DNA from: Patescibacteria group bacterium
GTDB lineage: Bacteria; Patescibacteriota; Patescibacteriia; Buchananbacterales; UBA6539
DNA length: 64,000 bases
Assembly (NCBI GenBank): GCA_041662625.1
Contig: JBAZSB010000001.1
Coordinates: 617,385 to 681,384, forward strand
Direction: 5' to 3'
Positions 1-9,075 of this stretch are shown piece by piece (the first letter of the stretch is position 1; each line of letters starts with the position of its first letter). Below the pieces are notes generated by a model that was given only the letters and a program-made list of their open reading frames with translations, searched no databases and had not been told where the DNA came from. Position numbers and translations under genes: made by a program.

Positions 1-368
1 ATTACCTTGCCGAAGTCTTGCACGCCCCCTGCCCCGATTTTAGCTATTACTTCATCAATCTTTTTATTTAATTCTTCTTCACTTAACTCAGGGGGTAAAT
101 ATTTATTAACAATATTGATTTCATTTTCTTCTTTAGTCGCTAATTCCGCCCGGCCACCTTGCTGATACAAAACGGCAGCCTCTTTTCTTTTTTTAATTTC
201 GCTCCGCAGTAATTTAATTATTTCCTCTTCGGTCAGCGGCTCGCGATTTTTAGCAATCTCCGCATTAGTAATAGCCGTTTTAATCTGCCTTAATACCAAA
301 ACCGCCAGTTCATCCCTTGCTTTAAATGCCTGGTTAAAATCAGTTTCTAACTGTTTTAAAACTCCCAT
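1..368 (-). CDS. GatB/YqeY domain-containing protein (partial; continues beyond window start)
   Basis: Minus-strand translation from ATG (complement of 366-368) reads MGVLKQLETDFNQAFKARDELAVLVLRQIKTAITNAEIAKNREPLTEEEIIKLL..., typical GatB/YqeY helical domain; classic position downstream of rpsU. Confidence 0.7.
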   Translation of the reverse strand, partial: MGVLKQLETDFNQAFKARDELAVLVLRQIKTAITNAEIAKNREPLTEEEIIKLLRSEIKKRKEAAVLYQQGGRAELATKEENEINIVNKYLPPELSEEELNKKIDEVIAKIGAGGVQDFGKV

Positions 369-373
369 TGATT

Positions 374-616
374 TTAGCGGTAAGTATTCGGGGTTTTATC
401 TTCTTTAAGTTTGCCAATTTTTTTTAAGTATTCTCTTTTCACCTGGATTTCTTTGCGTCGTAGGGCTTCTCTTCTGATTTGCGTCTTATTTTTTGGCCGT
501 TCATAAAACCGAATCTTTCTCGATTGAATCAATCTACCACTCTGTTGTAATTTTTTGTGGAATCTTCTCAGTAAACTCTCAAAAGTTTCACTTTTCTTTC
601 TTTTTACTTCAGCCAC
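374..616 (-). CDS. rpsU: 30S ribosomal protein S21
   Basis: 80 aa, MAEVKRKKSETFESLLRRFHKK...; basic, matches S21 N-terminal consensus (MxxVxVRxNExxExALRRFKR). Confidence 0.9.
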   Translation of the reverse strand: MAEVKRKKSETFESLLRRFHKKLQQSGRLIQSRKIRFYERPKNKTQIRREALRRKEIQVKREYLKKIGKLKEDKTPNTYR

Positions 617-723
617 CGATATTCACCTCCTTTGTGATGAATAGTTATTAATTCTTAAAGGAAAATCTTAATCGATTTTCTGGTTTTATAATACCATTTT
701 CTAACTAATTAGTCAACAGAATT

Positions 724-2085
724 CTAACCACTAAACTGGTTTGCTAATTTCTTCTTCAATTCCTGAACAGTTTTATTAAAATTTATTACTTCCTGGACTC
801 CGCTTTCCATATCCCGAACTAAAATCGTACCATCCATTACCTCTTTTTGACCTAAAATTAAAGCATATCGAACATGAAGCTTATTGGCTAATTCTAGCTG
901 CGATTTTAGACTGTCTTTGGCAAAATTTTCTGCTACCTTAATATTTTCTTGGCGTAATTGCTCAAATAAAACCAAAGCTTTAACCTTGGCTTGGTCGCCA
1001 ATTTGCGCTAAAAATATTTCCGGATTCTGATCCGCTGGCAAAGCCGCCTCTTTCTGCCGCAATTGACTGATGACTCGTTCGACTCCTACCGAAACGCCAA
1101 CTGCCGGAGTGGGCCGACCGCCCAAAAGTTCCACTAAACCGTCATAGCGTCCCCCGCCCCCCAAGGCACTTTGGGCACTTTCTTCTTTTTCCCCTGGCCA
1201 AATTTCAAAAACCGTTTTGGTATAATAATCAAGACCACGAACTAAATAAGGATTGAGTTTATAAGAAATATTTAGTTCATCTAAATATTCGACAACCTTC
1301 ATAAAATGTTCCTTGCACTCATCATCAAGCCAATCAACAATTTGGGGTGCTTCGGTTTTGACAAACTGGCAAGAGGGTTTTTTACAATCCAGCAAACGTA
1401 ACGGATTTTTAGTTATCCGCTTTTTACAATCTTCGCAAAGCATCTTCCGCTTACTCCGATAGTAATTAGTCAATTCTTGAATATAGGCCTTGCGGCAATC
1501 CGGACGCCCAATGCTATTGATTTGGATGCTAATTTGCGATAAACCAATCTGTTTAAAAAAATTATTTACAATCCCAATCACCTGAGCATCAATCACCGGA
1601 TTAATATCGCCAATTATTTCAAAACCAAATTGATAAAACTGCCGCTGGCGGCCTGATTGCGGCCGTTCCCGACGAAATGCCGGCCCAAAGTAATAAAATT
1701 TTACTGGCTGGGGAAGATTAATCATACCGTGATTGATGTAGGCCCGCACGACTGAAGCGGTAAACTCTGGTCGGAGAACAACTAAGCCTTGCCCCTGATC
1801 GGTAAAACTAAACATTTCTTTTTCCACAATGTCGGTCTGTTTACCAATTGAACGAACAAAAAGGGCGGCTTCCTCTAAAATGGGCGGATCAATTTGCGGA
1901 AAACCATAACCATTGGCAAAACTTTCAGCGGTTTTTTTTACAAACTGCCAGTAAGGCTGGTCGGCTGGCAAAATATCTTTAAAACCTCGTAAAAGTTGAG
2001 GTGACTTCGATAAAAATTTCTTGCCCGCCGGTTTGGGTTTGTCACCCCGACTGATTGAAGCGGACCTTTCTTCGTTTTTAGTCAT
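724..2085 (-). CDS. hisS: histidine--tRNA ligase
   Basis: 453 aa; class II aaRS motifs, FRRERPQSGRQRQFYQ, GGGRYDGL, HisRS anticodon-binding C-terminus. Confidence 0.9.
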   Translation of the reverse strand: MTKNEERSASISRGDKPKPAGKKFLSKSPQLLRGFKDILPADQPYWQFVKKTAESFANGYGFPQIDPPILEEAALFVRSIGKQTDIVEKEMFSFTDQGQGLVVLRPEFTASVVRAYINHGMINLPQPVKFYYFGPAFRRERPQSGRQRQFYQFGFEIIGDINPVIDAQVIGIVNNFFKQIGLSQISIQINSIGRPDCRKAYIQELTNYYRSKRKMLCEDCKKRITKNPLRLLDCKKPSCQFVKTEAPQIVDWLDDECKEHFMKVVEYLDELNISYKLNPYLVRGLDYYTKTVFEIWPGEKEESAQSALGGGGRYDGLVELLGGRPTPAVGVSVGVERVISQLRQKEAALPADQNPEIFLAQIGDQAKVKALVLFEQLRQENIKVAENFAKDSLKSQLELANKLHVRYALILGQKEVMDGTILVRDMESGVQEVINFNKTVQELKKKLANQFSG

Positions 2086-2089
2086 AAAT

Positions 2090-2707
2090 TTAGAAATTAT
2101 AATTTAAATCATTTAAAACTAAACCAAGCCGATTCAAGGGCCAACCTCGAACTAAAGTTTTACCAATAATATCTTGGCGCGGCACTGGACCAAAAGCCCT
2201 CGAATCAAGGCTAGCGATTCGATTATCCCCCAAGACATAATATTCGGTCTGGCTTAGTTCAACTTCAACATCACCCAAAGTTTTCATGGCCGGCAGTAGA
2301 TAATCTTCCTGTAATTCCACCCCTTGCGGATTAGCTTGATTGAAAATCGTCACTTTACCTTCAGCAATTTTAATCTTTTCACCGGGCAAGCCAATAATTC
2401 GTTTGATAAAATACTGACTTAAATCAAAGGGGTAGCGAAAAACCACCGTATCACCCCGCTCCGGCTCATCAAAGCGATAACTGATTTCATTGATAATTAG
2501 ATACTCATGGTCATAAAAATTTGGTTCCATCGAAGCCCCTTTGACATAAAAAGGTTTAATTAAAAAATAACGAACCGGCACAATAATAACTAGAGAAATC
2601 ACCACCACTTTGAATACTTCCCAAACAAAAATAGCAACCTGCTTACCAAAAGATAAATTTTCTTCCTCCAGATAGGAGGGGGTTTTTTTCTTGCTAAATA
2701 GTTTCAT
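2090..2707 (-). CDS. lepB: signal peptidase I
   Basis: 205 aa; N-terminal TM, catalytic GASMEPNF (Ser box) and GDNRIASLDSRAFGPV (box E). Confidence 0.9.
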   Translation of the reverse strand: MKLFSKKKTPSYLEEENLSFGKQVAIFVWEVFKVVVISLVIIVPVRYFLIKPFYVKGASMEPNFYDHEYLIINEISYRFDEPERGDTVVFRYPFDLSQYFIKRIIGLPGEKIKIAEGKVTIFNQANPQGVELQEDYLLPAMKTLGDVEVELSQTEYYVLGDNRIASLDSRAFGPVPRQDIIGKTLVRGWPLNRLGLVLNDLNYNF

Positions 2708-2779
2708 ACTTCTAATTTTAGTCGTTAGCTTTTAGCTTGTAGCTTTTAGTAATTACAACTATAAGCCACAAGCCACAAT

Positions 2780-3508
2780 CTAACTAAGACGATCCGGGTA
2801 ATTCGTGATAATGCCATCAATCCCCAAATTTTCCAAATAATCAATTTTTTTATAATTATCAACCGTCCAGGCGCAAATTTTGATCCCGTGTTTTTTAAAT
2901 AGCGCCACCTTATTTTTATTTAATAAATGATAGTTGATGTTCAGGTAGTCGGCGTGGGAATTTTTAACCAGCCAGGTGATATAGTACTTAGTTATGGGTA
3001 AAAACAAAATGGCCAAAAAGTCGAGAATTAACCAAAAAGAGAAAAAATTGCCTGAACGAAAAACCAAAGCCGTGGTAATTTCCGGTTCCAAGCGTTCAGC
3101 AGCTCGGATTTCCCCGGCGTAATTGGAAGAAACCATCACATTGGAAAAATCAATTTTATAATCCCGCAAGGTTTGAATAACAATCTGAGCACTGCCTCGG
3201 ACTTTCAATTCAATATCTAATCCGACTTGATTATTAACTACTTCTAAGACTTCACCAAGCGTCGGAACTGTTTCTTCGCCTCTAATTACGAACTTTTTGA
3301 CCTCGGCTAAAGTTAATTTTCTAACCCGGCCAAATTTTTGGGTCAAACGTTTTAAATTCTTATCGTGAATCACGACCGGATATTTATCCTTAGTAATTTG
3401 AATATCAAACTCAATCATGTCCACCCCTATTTCCAAGGCTTTCTTAAAAGAAGAAATTGTATTTTCCGGAGCATAAGCTTTGGCGCCCCGGTGACCGATT
3501 TTTAACAT
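2780..3508 (-). CDS. glycerophosphodiester phosphodiesterase family protein (with an internal hydrophobic insertion)
   Basis: MLKIGHRGAKAYAPENTISSFKKALEIGVDMIEFDIQITKDKYPVVIHD... GDPD signature (HRG, E/D, H); residues ~150-185 hydrophobic (FFSFWLILDFLAILFLPI). Confidence 0.75.
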   Translation of the reverse strand: MLKIGHRGAKAYAPENTISSFKKALEIGVDMIEFDIQITKDKYPVVIHDKNLKRLTQKFGRVRKLTLAEVKKFVIRGEETVPTLGEVLEVVNNQVGLDIELKVRGSAQIVIQTLRDYKIDFSNVMVSSNYAGEIRAAERLEPEITTALVFRSGNFFSFWLILDFLAILFLPITKYYITWLVKNSHADYLNINYHLLNKNKVALFKKHGIKICAWTVDNYKKIDYLENLGIDGIITNYPDRLS

Positions 3509-3530
3509 AATTTACAATGTATAATTTATT

Positions 3531-3607
3531 TGGTGGACAATGCTGGACTCGAACCAGCGACCTTCGCGATGTGAACGCGACGCTCTAACCAGCTGAGCTA
3601 ATTGTCC
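3531..3607 (-). tRNA. tRNA-Val (anticodon CAC)
   Basis: Minus strand GGACAATTAGCTCAGCTGGTTAGAGCGTCGCGTTCACATCGCGAAGGTCGCTGGTTCGAGTCCAGCATTGTCCACCA; cloverleaf with anticodon loop TTCACAT; CCA encoded. Confidence 0.85.
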
Positions 3608-3831
3608 GTGGCCAGGGCGGGAAGCTATTACTGTTAATTGCTATAAAAAGAAAGCGTTGGGTTCACGGGACACCTAATTTTACGCTTTTGGTGTCTGCCC
3701 AATTACTAGTATTAAATTGCCCCTCAATCATAACATAAAATGTCAAGCCTGTAAACCGTAAAACTAATTAATAAAACTAATACCCGGCTTTTAATAACTA
3801 GCCTTCAGAAATTTGCCACAAGTGACTTTTT

Positions 3832-5277
3832 ATGGCAAAATTAAAACACCAAAACTCTATGGTCAGAAACGACGTTGATTTTCTCGACGAACAAAATAAA
3901 TTGGTCAAAAAGCCAAAAAGAAAACTGAAATTTATCAGTAAACTAATTATCTATTTACTGATAATTTTTGTTATCCTCTTTGTTGCCTTCGGCATCGGTG
4001 TGATTAATTCCGGGGAAAATTTGGCAAAAACTTTGGGCAACGTCGGCCTTTGGAGCCAGATTAAACATTTAATCGGCAGTGAGGATAAAAAATTACTGGG
4101 TGAAGACGAAGACCGGATTAATATTTTGCTCTTAGGAATCGGCGGTCTGGACCATGATGGTCCATTTTTGACCGATACCATGATGATTGCCAGCTTCAAA
4201 CCTTCAACCGATCAAGTAGCTTTAATTTCTATCCCCCGCGACCTCTTAGTACCGATCCCTGGCTATGGCTGGCAAAAAATTAACCATGCTGATGCTTATG
4301 GTGAAAACGCCAATCCGGGCCGCGGCGGCGAATTGGCTAAAAAAGTAGTCAGTCAGGTTTTTAACATACCAATTCATTATTATGTGCGCCTGGATTTTGC
4401 TGGTTTCAAAAAAATAATTGATGACCTGGGCGGAATCACAATTGAAGTCGAAAATGTTCTGGATGATGAATCTTACCCGGTACCGGGCAAAGAAACCGCC
4501 ACCACTTCAGAAAGGTATGAGCATCTTTATATTAAAACCGGTCGCCAACATCTGAATGGTGAATTAGCCTTAAAGTATGTCCGCTCCCGGCAGGCTAAAG
4601 GCATTGAAGGCTCTGATTTTGCCCGCAGTAAACGCCAACAAAAAGTTCTGATGGCAGTCAAAGAAAAAGGGTTGTCTTTGGGTACCTTGGCTAATCCCTA
4701 TAAAATCAGCAAGGTGATGGATACTTTGAGTCAACATCTGGCAACTGATCTGGAGGTCTGGAAAATTATCCGGCTTTTTAACATGGGTAAAAGCGTTAAA
4801 GAAGAAAATATTATCCGCCGGGTTTTTGATGATAGCCCTGACGGCGTCTTGTATGCAAACGTTACCGAAGGTGGCGCTTTTGTCCTGCAGCCTAAAGCCG
4901 GCGATTTTTCGGAACTGCAAAAGATCACCCAGCATATTTTTGACGCAGCCAAGATGGCTGAAGCAATGCCCAAACGGATCGAAATCCAAAATGGCACCAA
5001 AATTACTGGTTTGGCTTACCGAACTTCCCAATATCTCCAAAGCTTGGGCTACCAGGTGATTAATCTTGGTAATGCCCCAACCCAAGACTACCAAAAGACG
5101 GTAATTTATAATTTAGCTGATGACAGCAAAGATAAAACTGCGGAAAATTTGGGCAAATTACTGGGGGCCGAAATTGCGGAAGTTATCCCCGACTGGGTAA
5201 AAGCAACTACCAGCCCCAAAATCAGCAGCCACACCGATATTTTAATTATTTTGGGTCAGGATCGGAAAGAACTATGA
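3832..5277 (+). CDS. LytR-CpsA-Psr (LCP) family cell-envelope phosphotransferase
   Basis: 481 aa; N-terminal TM, LCP core (ILLLGIGGLDHDG...TDTMMIASF...ISIPRDL...INHA), C-terminal LytR_C-like region. Confidence 0.85.
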   Translation: MAKLKHQNSMVRNDVDFLDEQNKLVKKPKRKLKFISKLIIYLLIIFVILFVAFGIGVINSGENLAKTLGNVGLWSQIKHLIGSEDKKLLGEDEDRINILLLGIGGLDHDGPFLTDTMMIASFKPSTDQVALISIPRDLLVPIPGYGWQKINHADAYGENANPGRGGELAKKVVSQVFNIPIHYYVRLDFAGFKKIIDDLGGITIEVENVLDDESYPVPGKETATTSERYEHLYIKTGRQHLNGELALKYVRSRQAKGIEGSDFARSKRQQKVLMAVKEKGLSLGTLANPYKISKVMDTLSQHLATDLEVWKIIRLFNMGKSVKEENIIRRVFDDSPDGVLYANVTEGGAFVLQPKAGDFSELQKITQHIFDAAKMAEAMPKRIEIQNGTKITGLAYRTSQYLQSLGYQVINLGNAPTQDYQKTVIYNLADDSKDKTAENLGKLLGAEIAEVIPDWVKATTSPKISSHTDILIILGQDRKEL

Positions 5278-6467
5278 CTAAGCTCCCTATCGTCGTCATC
5301 ATCGGCCGCATCAATGTCGGCAAGTCTTCCCTTTTCAACCGGTTAACCGAAACAGGCAAGGCTTTGGTTTCAAAAATTCCTGGGACGACCCGCGATTATA
5401 ATTTAGGTCGGGTTAATTGGCAAAAAAAAAGTTTTAGCCTAATTGATACTGGCGGGGTCAATATTGAAACTTTAAAAAATAGCATCCGTTCACTCCTGCC
5501 GGACCAAAATAATCAACTAAAAAATGTTGACACTATTGAAAAAGAAATTGTCCGACAAACTAAAGAAGCTATTGCTAAAGCGGATTTAATCCTGATGGTG
5601 GTTGATGGCCAAGCTGGCCTGATGCCTGAAGATAAAGAGCTAGCTTTAGTGGTCAAAAAATTAAAGGCACCGGCCATGTTAGTTTGCAATAAGATTGATA
5701 ACCCCAAATACCAACACCAGCCCAATGAATTTTTTGCTCTCGGTCTGGGCCGGCCCTGGCCGGTTTCGGCAATCAACGGCAGTGGTACCGGCGATTTTTT
5801 GGACGAATTAATTAAAAAAATAAAAAACCGTCCGGGCCGACCAAAAAAACCAGAAGCTAAAAAACCAATCAAAGTCGCCGTCATCGGCAAACCGAATGTC
5901 GGTAAATCATCACTGGTCAATAAAATCCTAGGAGAAAACCGGGTCATCGTGGCCGATACGCCGCAAACTACCCGCGAACCTCAGGATACGGAAATTGATT
6001 ATCTAGACGAAAAAATTATTTTAATCGATACGGCTGGTTTAAGGAAAAAAGCAAAAATCAAACGCGGGTTGGAAAAAATGTCCACCAAAAAAACTCTGAC
6101 CACCATCAAAATTGCTGACATTGTTTTATTCCTAACGGAAGTTGATCAACCGCTGGGCAAGCAAGACGAACATTTAGCCGGTCTGATTAAAGACGCCGGC
6201 GCCGGGGTAATCGTGGTTGCTAACAAATGGGATTTAGTCCCGGAAAAAGATGAAAAAACCGACGGCGAAATAAAAAAATATTATCAACGTTATTTTCCCT
6301 ATCTCAGCTTTGCTCCTCTGATTTTTACTTCCGCTAAAACCGGCAAAAATACCGACAAAATTTTGGATGTAGTTTTAAGTGTTAACCAAGAAAGACGAAA
6401 GGAAGTGCCGGAAGATGAATTAAAAAATATTCTAAAACAAGTTGTAAAAATTCACTATCCGGCCTAA
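5274..6467 (+). CDS. der: ribosome-associated GTPase Der/EngA, tandem GTPase domains; ORF ends at an in-frame TAA
   Basis: Two G-domains (GRINVGKSSLFNRL...DTGG; GKPNVGKSSLVNKI...DTAG...NKWD); overlaps preceding gene by 4 nt; ends ...KIHYPA then TAA at 6465-6467, where the KH-like domain is expected to continue. Confidence 0.85.
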   Translation: MTKLPIVVIIGRINVGKSSLFNRLTETGKALVSKIPGTTRDYNLGRVNWQKKSFSLIDTGGVNIETLKNSIRSLLPDQNNQLKNVDTIEKEIVRQTKEAIAKADLILMVVDGQAGLMPEDKELALVVKKLKAPAMLVCNKIDNPKYQHQPNEFFALGLGRPWPVSAINGSGTGDFLDELIKKIKNRPGRPKKPEAKKPIKVAVIGKPNVGKSSLVNKILGENRVIVADTPQTTREPQDTEIDYLDEKIILIDTAGLRKKAKIKRGLEKMSTKKTLTTIKIADIVLFLTEVDQPLGKQDEHLAGLIKDAGAGVIVVANKWDLVPEKDEKTDGEIKKYYQRYFPYLSFAPLIFTSAKTGKNTDKILDVVLSVNQERRKEVPEDELKNILKQVVKIHYPA

Positions 6468-6659
6468 GCCAAAGGTCAATTACGGCCTCATCTTTATAGC
6501 CTGGTCCAGACTAAAACTAATCCCCAAGAATTTACCATCATAGTTGGCCAAAAACAATCAATTCATTTCTCTTATTTACGATTTATCGAAAATCAACTCC
6601 GGCAAAATTTTGGGTTTTTGGGCGTTCCTGTTAAAATAAAGGTAAAGAATCTTAGACAG
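6468..6659 (+). other. der: in-frame continuation of der (C-terminal KH-like domain) downstream of the internal TAA
   Basis: Same frame after the TAA encodes AKGQLRPHLYSLVQTKTNPQEFTIIVGQKQSIHFSYLRFIENQLRQNFGFLGVPVKIKVKNLRQ*, which aligns with Der C-termini (…RGRRLKIYYMTQ…PPTFVVFVN…[25 protein letters not shown]). Confidence 0.75.
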
Positions 6660-6781
6660 TAGATCGGTAGGCTGGTAGATTAGTAGAAGTAATAAAGTGC
6701 TTCTACTTTCTATCTATTAGCCTAACGTCCTACCAATCTACCCCCTACTTCCTAATTCCTACCGCCTAATAAACTAATCAT

Positions 6782-7354
6782 ATGAAACTAATCGTCGGCC
6801 TGGGTAATCCAGGCAAAAAATATGAAACCACCTGGCATAATGTCGGCTTTTTGGTAATTGATTTACTAAAAACCAAACAAGCCGGCGAATTTTTAAGCTG
6901 CAATAAAAGTAAAAAATTTAAAGCCGAAATTTGTGAAAACAACAGCCCGGAAGAAAAAATTATTTTAGCTAAACCCCAAACCTTTATGAACAACTCCGGC
7001 CAGGCTGTTAAAGCGATTGGACGATTTTATAAAATTAAGCCGGAAAACCTGTGGGTGATTCATGATGACATTGATTTGCCTTTGGGAAAAATCCGAATCT
7101 CCCAAAATGCCAGTGCCGCCGGCCATAAAGGGGTACAATCAATTATTGATGAAGTGGGGACGCAGGAATTCATTCGCTTTCGCCTTGGGATCCAGCCGAT
7201 TACTCCTTTAAAAATGCCAACGGAAAAATATGTCTTGCAAAAAATCGATTCAGAGAGTAAAGTAATTATTGATGAAGTAATAGAAAAAGTCCTGGCTGCT
7301 TTGGAAATCGCTTTAGCTCAGGGAGTAACTGAGGCCATGAATGAGTTTAATTAG
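6782..7354 (+). CDS. pth: peptidyl-tRNA hydrolase
   Basis: MKLIVGLGNPGKKYETTWHNVGF... canonical Pth N-terminus and HDD motif (VIHDDIDLPLGK). Confidence 0.9.
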   Translation: MKLIVGLGNPGKKYETTWHNVGFLVIDLLKTKQAGEFLSCNKSKKFKAEICENNSPEEKIILAKPQTFMNNSGQAVKAIGRFYKIKPENLWVIHDDIDLPLGKIRISQNASAAGHKGVQSIIDEVGTQEFIRFRLGIQPITPLKMPTEKYVLQKIDSESKVIIDEVIEKVLAALEIALAQGVTEAMNEFN

Positions 7355-7384
7355 AGCCGGGCTTTAAATCTGATAATTATCAAC

Positions 7385-7408
7385 ATAGCGCCAAGAGGCG
7401 CTTTTATT
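7385..7408 (+). terminator. intrinsic terminator after pth
   Basis: AGCGCC-aaga-GGCGCT hairpin followed by TTTTATT. Confidence 0.6.
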
Positions 7409-7667
7409 ATTGATGCAAAATGTCAAAAAAAATAGCCTCCAGAATCCTGCCTACCAGCGTAAGGCATATACCGAATAAACGGCACAGACCTCAGCTTGTG
7501 GCTACTAACCAGGCTAGGAGGGGTAACCTCGTATTCGCCGCTGGCAAACAGGATTCTGAAAGCTATTCTCTAAAGAATATAGTATGTTAACACTTTTCTT
7601 AAAAAATGTCAAGACACAACATATCCCAAGGCCAAAATCCGCTATTTTATTAGTAATTTTACAATAA

Positions 7668-8771
7668 ATGACAACTTTAATTATAAAAGATGAATTAAAA
7701 TATTGGCTGGCTTTTAATCAAATCCCAAAGATTGGCCCGGTCCGCTTTCAGAAACTTTTAAATTATTTCCCCGATCTGAAAACCGCTTGGCAAGCCGTAA
7801 GTCATGAGCTAATTAAAGCCGGGATTGAACCAGGGGTAGCAGAAGAACTAATCAGCTTAAGATTAGAAATTGATCCCGCTTTAGAATTAGAAAAAGTTGA
7901 AAAAATTAAAGTTCAAATCACAACAATCCTTGACCCTAACTATCCAAAGCTACTGAAAGAAATTTATGCTCCCCCACCCTTGATTTATCATTTTGGTAAT
8001 TTAGATTTGAATAATGATTTCCCTTTGGCGGTTGTGGGCCGGCGGAAAATCAGTCAGTACGGTAAACAAATAACCAGTGAAATTGTTTCCGAGTTAGCTA
8101 ATTGCAGTTTAACTATTGTCTCGGGTTTAGCTTTGGGAATTGATGCTTGTGCTCACCAGGCCACGCTACAAAACTCCGGAAAAACTGTGGCAGTTTTGGG
8201 CTCAGGCTTAAATCAGATTTACCCGGCTTCCAACCGTAAACTTGCCCAAGAAATTATTGAGTCCGGCGGTAGCATCATTTCTGAATTTCCTTTAGGCACA
8301 CCGCCCTACAAATCTAATTTTCCTCAAAGAAACCGAATTATCTCGGGCTTAAGTTTAGGTGTCTTAGTGACTGAAGCCGGCGAAAAATCCGGGGCGCTGA
8401 TCACCGCCGCCTACGCCTTGGAACAAAATCGAGAGGTCTTTGCGGTTCCGGGCAATATTTATAGTGCTGGTTCAATTGGCCCAAATAATTTAGTCCGGCT
8501 GGGTGCCAAATTAGTAACGGGTGCCGCTGACATTTTAGAAGTCTTAAACTTAAGCGAAGCAAAAGATTTTAAAAATACCAAAGAGCTAATCCCGGAAAAT
8601 GAAACCGAAAAAATCCTTTTGGAATTAATCACCACTGAGGCAGTCCACGTTGACAAATTAGTCCAGTGCGCTAGACTAGATATCAGCATTATTAATTCCA
8701 CTTTGAGCTTGATGGAAATGAAGGGAATGGTGAAAAACCTGGGTAATCAAAAGTATGTCAAAGCAAGATAA
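7668..8771 (+). CDS. dprA: DNA processing protein DprA (Smf)
   Basis: 367 aa; Rossmann-like DprA core (AVVGRRKISQYG..., GLALGIDACAHQ, GSGLNQIYPASN, GGSIISEFPLGT, RNRIISGLS). Confidence 0.85.
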   Translation: MTTLIIKDELKYWLAFNQIPKIGPVRFQKLLNYFPDLKTAWQAVSHELIKAGIEPGVAEELISLRLEIDPALELEKVEKIKVQITTILDPNYPKLLKEIYAPPPLIYHFGNLDLNNDFPLAVVGRRKISQYGKQITSEIVSELANCSLTIVSGLALGIDACAHQATLQNSGKTVAVLGSGLNQIYPASNRKLAQEIIESGGSIISEFPLGTPPYKSNFPQRNRIISGLSLGVLVTEAGEKSGALITAAYALEQNREVFAVPGNIYSAGSIGPNNLVRLGAKLVTGAADILEVLNLSEAKDFKNTKELIPENETEKILLELITTEAVHVDKLVQCARLDISIINSTLSLMEMKGMVKNLGNQKYVKAR

Positions 8772-8894
8772 AAGTTAATAAAAGTTTGTAAAAGCAAGAT
8801 AGAGTTTGTAAAAGCTAGTAATAGCCAGATAGTAACATCAACGTATCAACATAGCGCCAAAGCAAATTAATTAATAACAATTAACAAAATTATG

Positions 8895-9075
8895 GCGCTA
8901 ACAATGATAAATCCAAATGACAAAATCCAAATTTCCAATCAAATCCAAAATCCCAATGTCAAAAAACAATTTGATTTGGCCGAACGGACTGCTAAATTCG
9001 GCGAAAAAATAATTTGAGTTTTGAGCTTTGATATTGATTTGACATTGGAAATTTGGATTTTGACATTACCCTTTA
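8895..9075. repeat. AT-rich imperfect palindromic intergenic element (AAATCCMAA / TTKGGATTT arms) containing TTGACA boxes
   Basis: aaatccaaatgacaaaatccaaatttccaatcaaatccaaaatcccaatgtcaaaa ... ttgatttgacattggaaatttggattttgacatt; arms are reverse complements; same motif family as 30957-31095 and 36648-36790. Confidence 0.6.

Noticed and set aside
3951-5094. ORFs 3951-4199(-), 4570-5094(-), 4731-5000(-), 4826-5059(+) inside the LCP gene
   Set aside because: Fully embedded in, or antisense to, a well-supported CDS, with no motifs. Likely spurious.
5513-5947. 144-aa ORF antisense to der
   Set aside because: Antisense within a conserved GTPase gene. Composition-driven.
6660-6780. Hairpin AGTAGAAG-taataaagtg-CTTCTACT after der
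   Set aside because: 8-bp stem without U-tract. Could be a weak terminator, but the evidence is thin and not reported as a feature.
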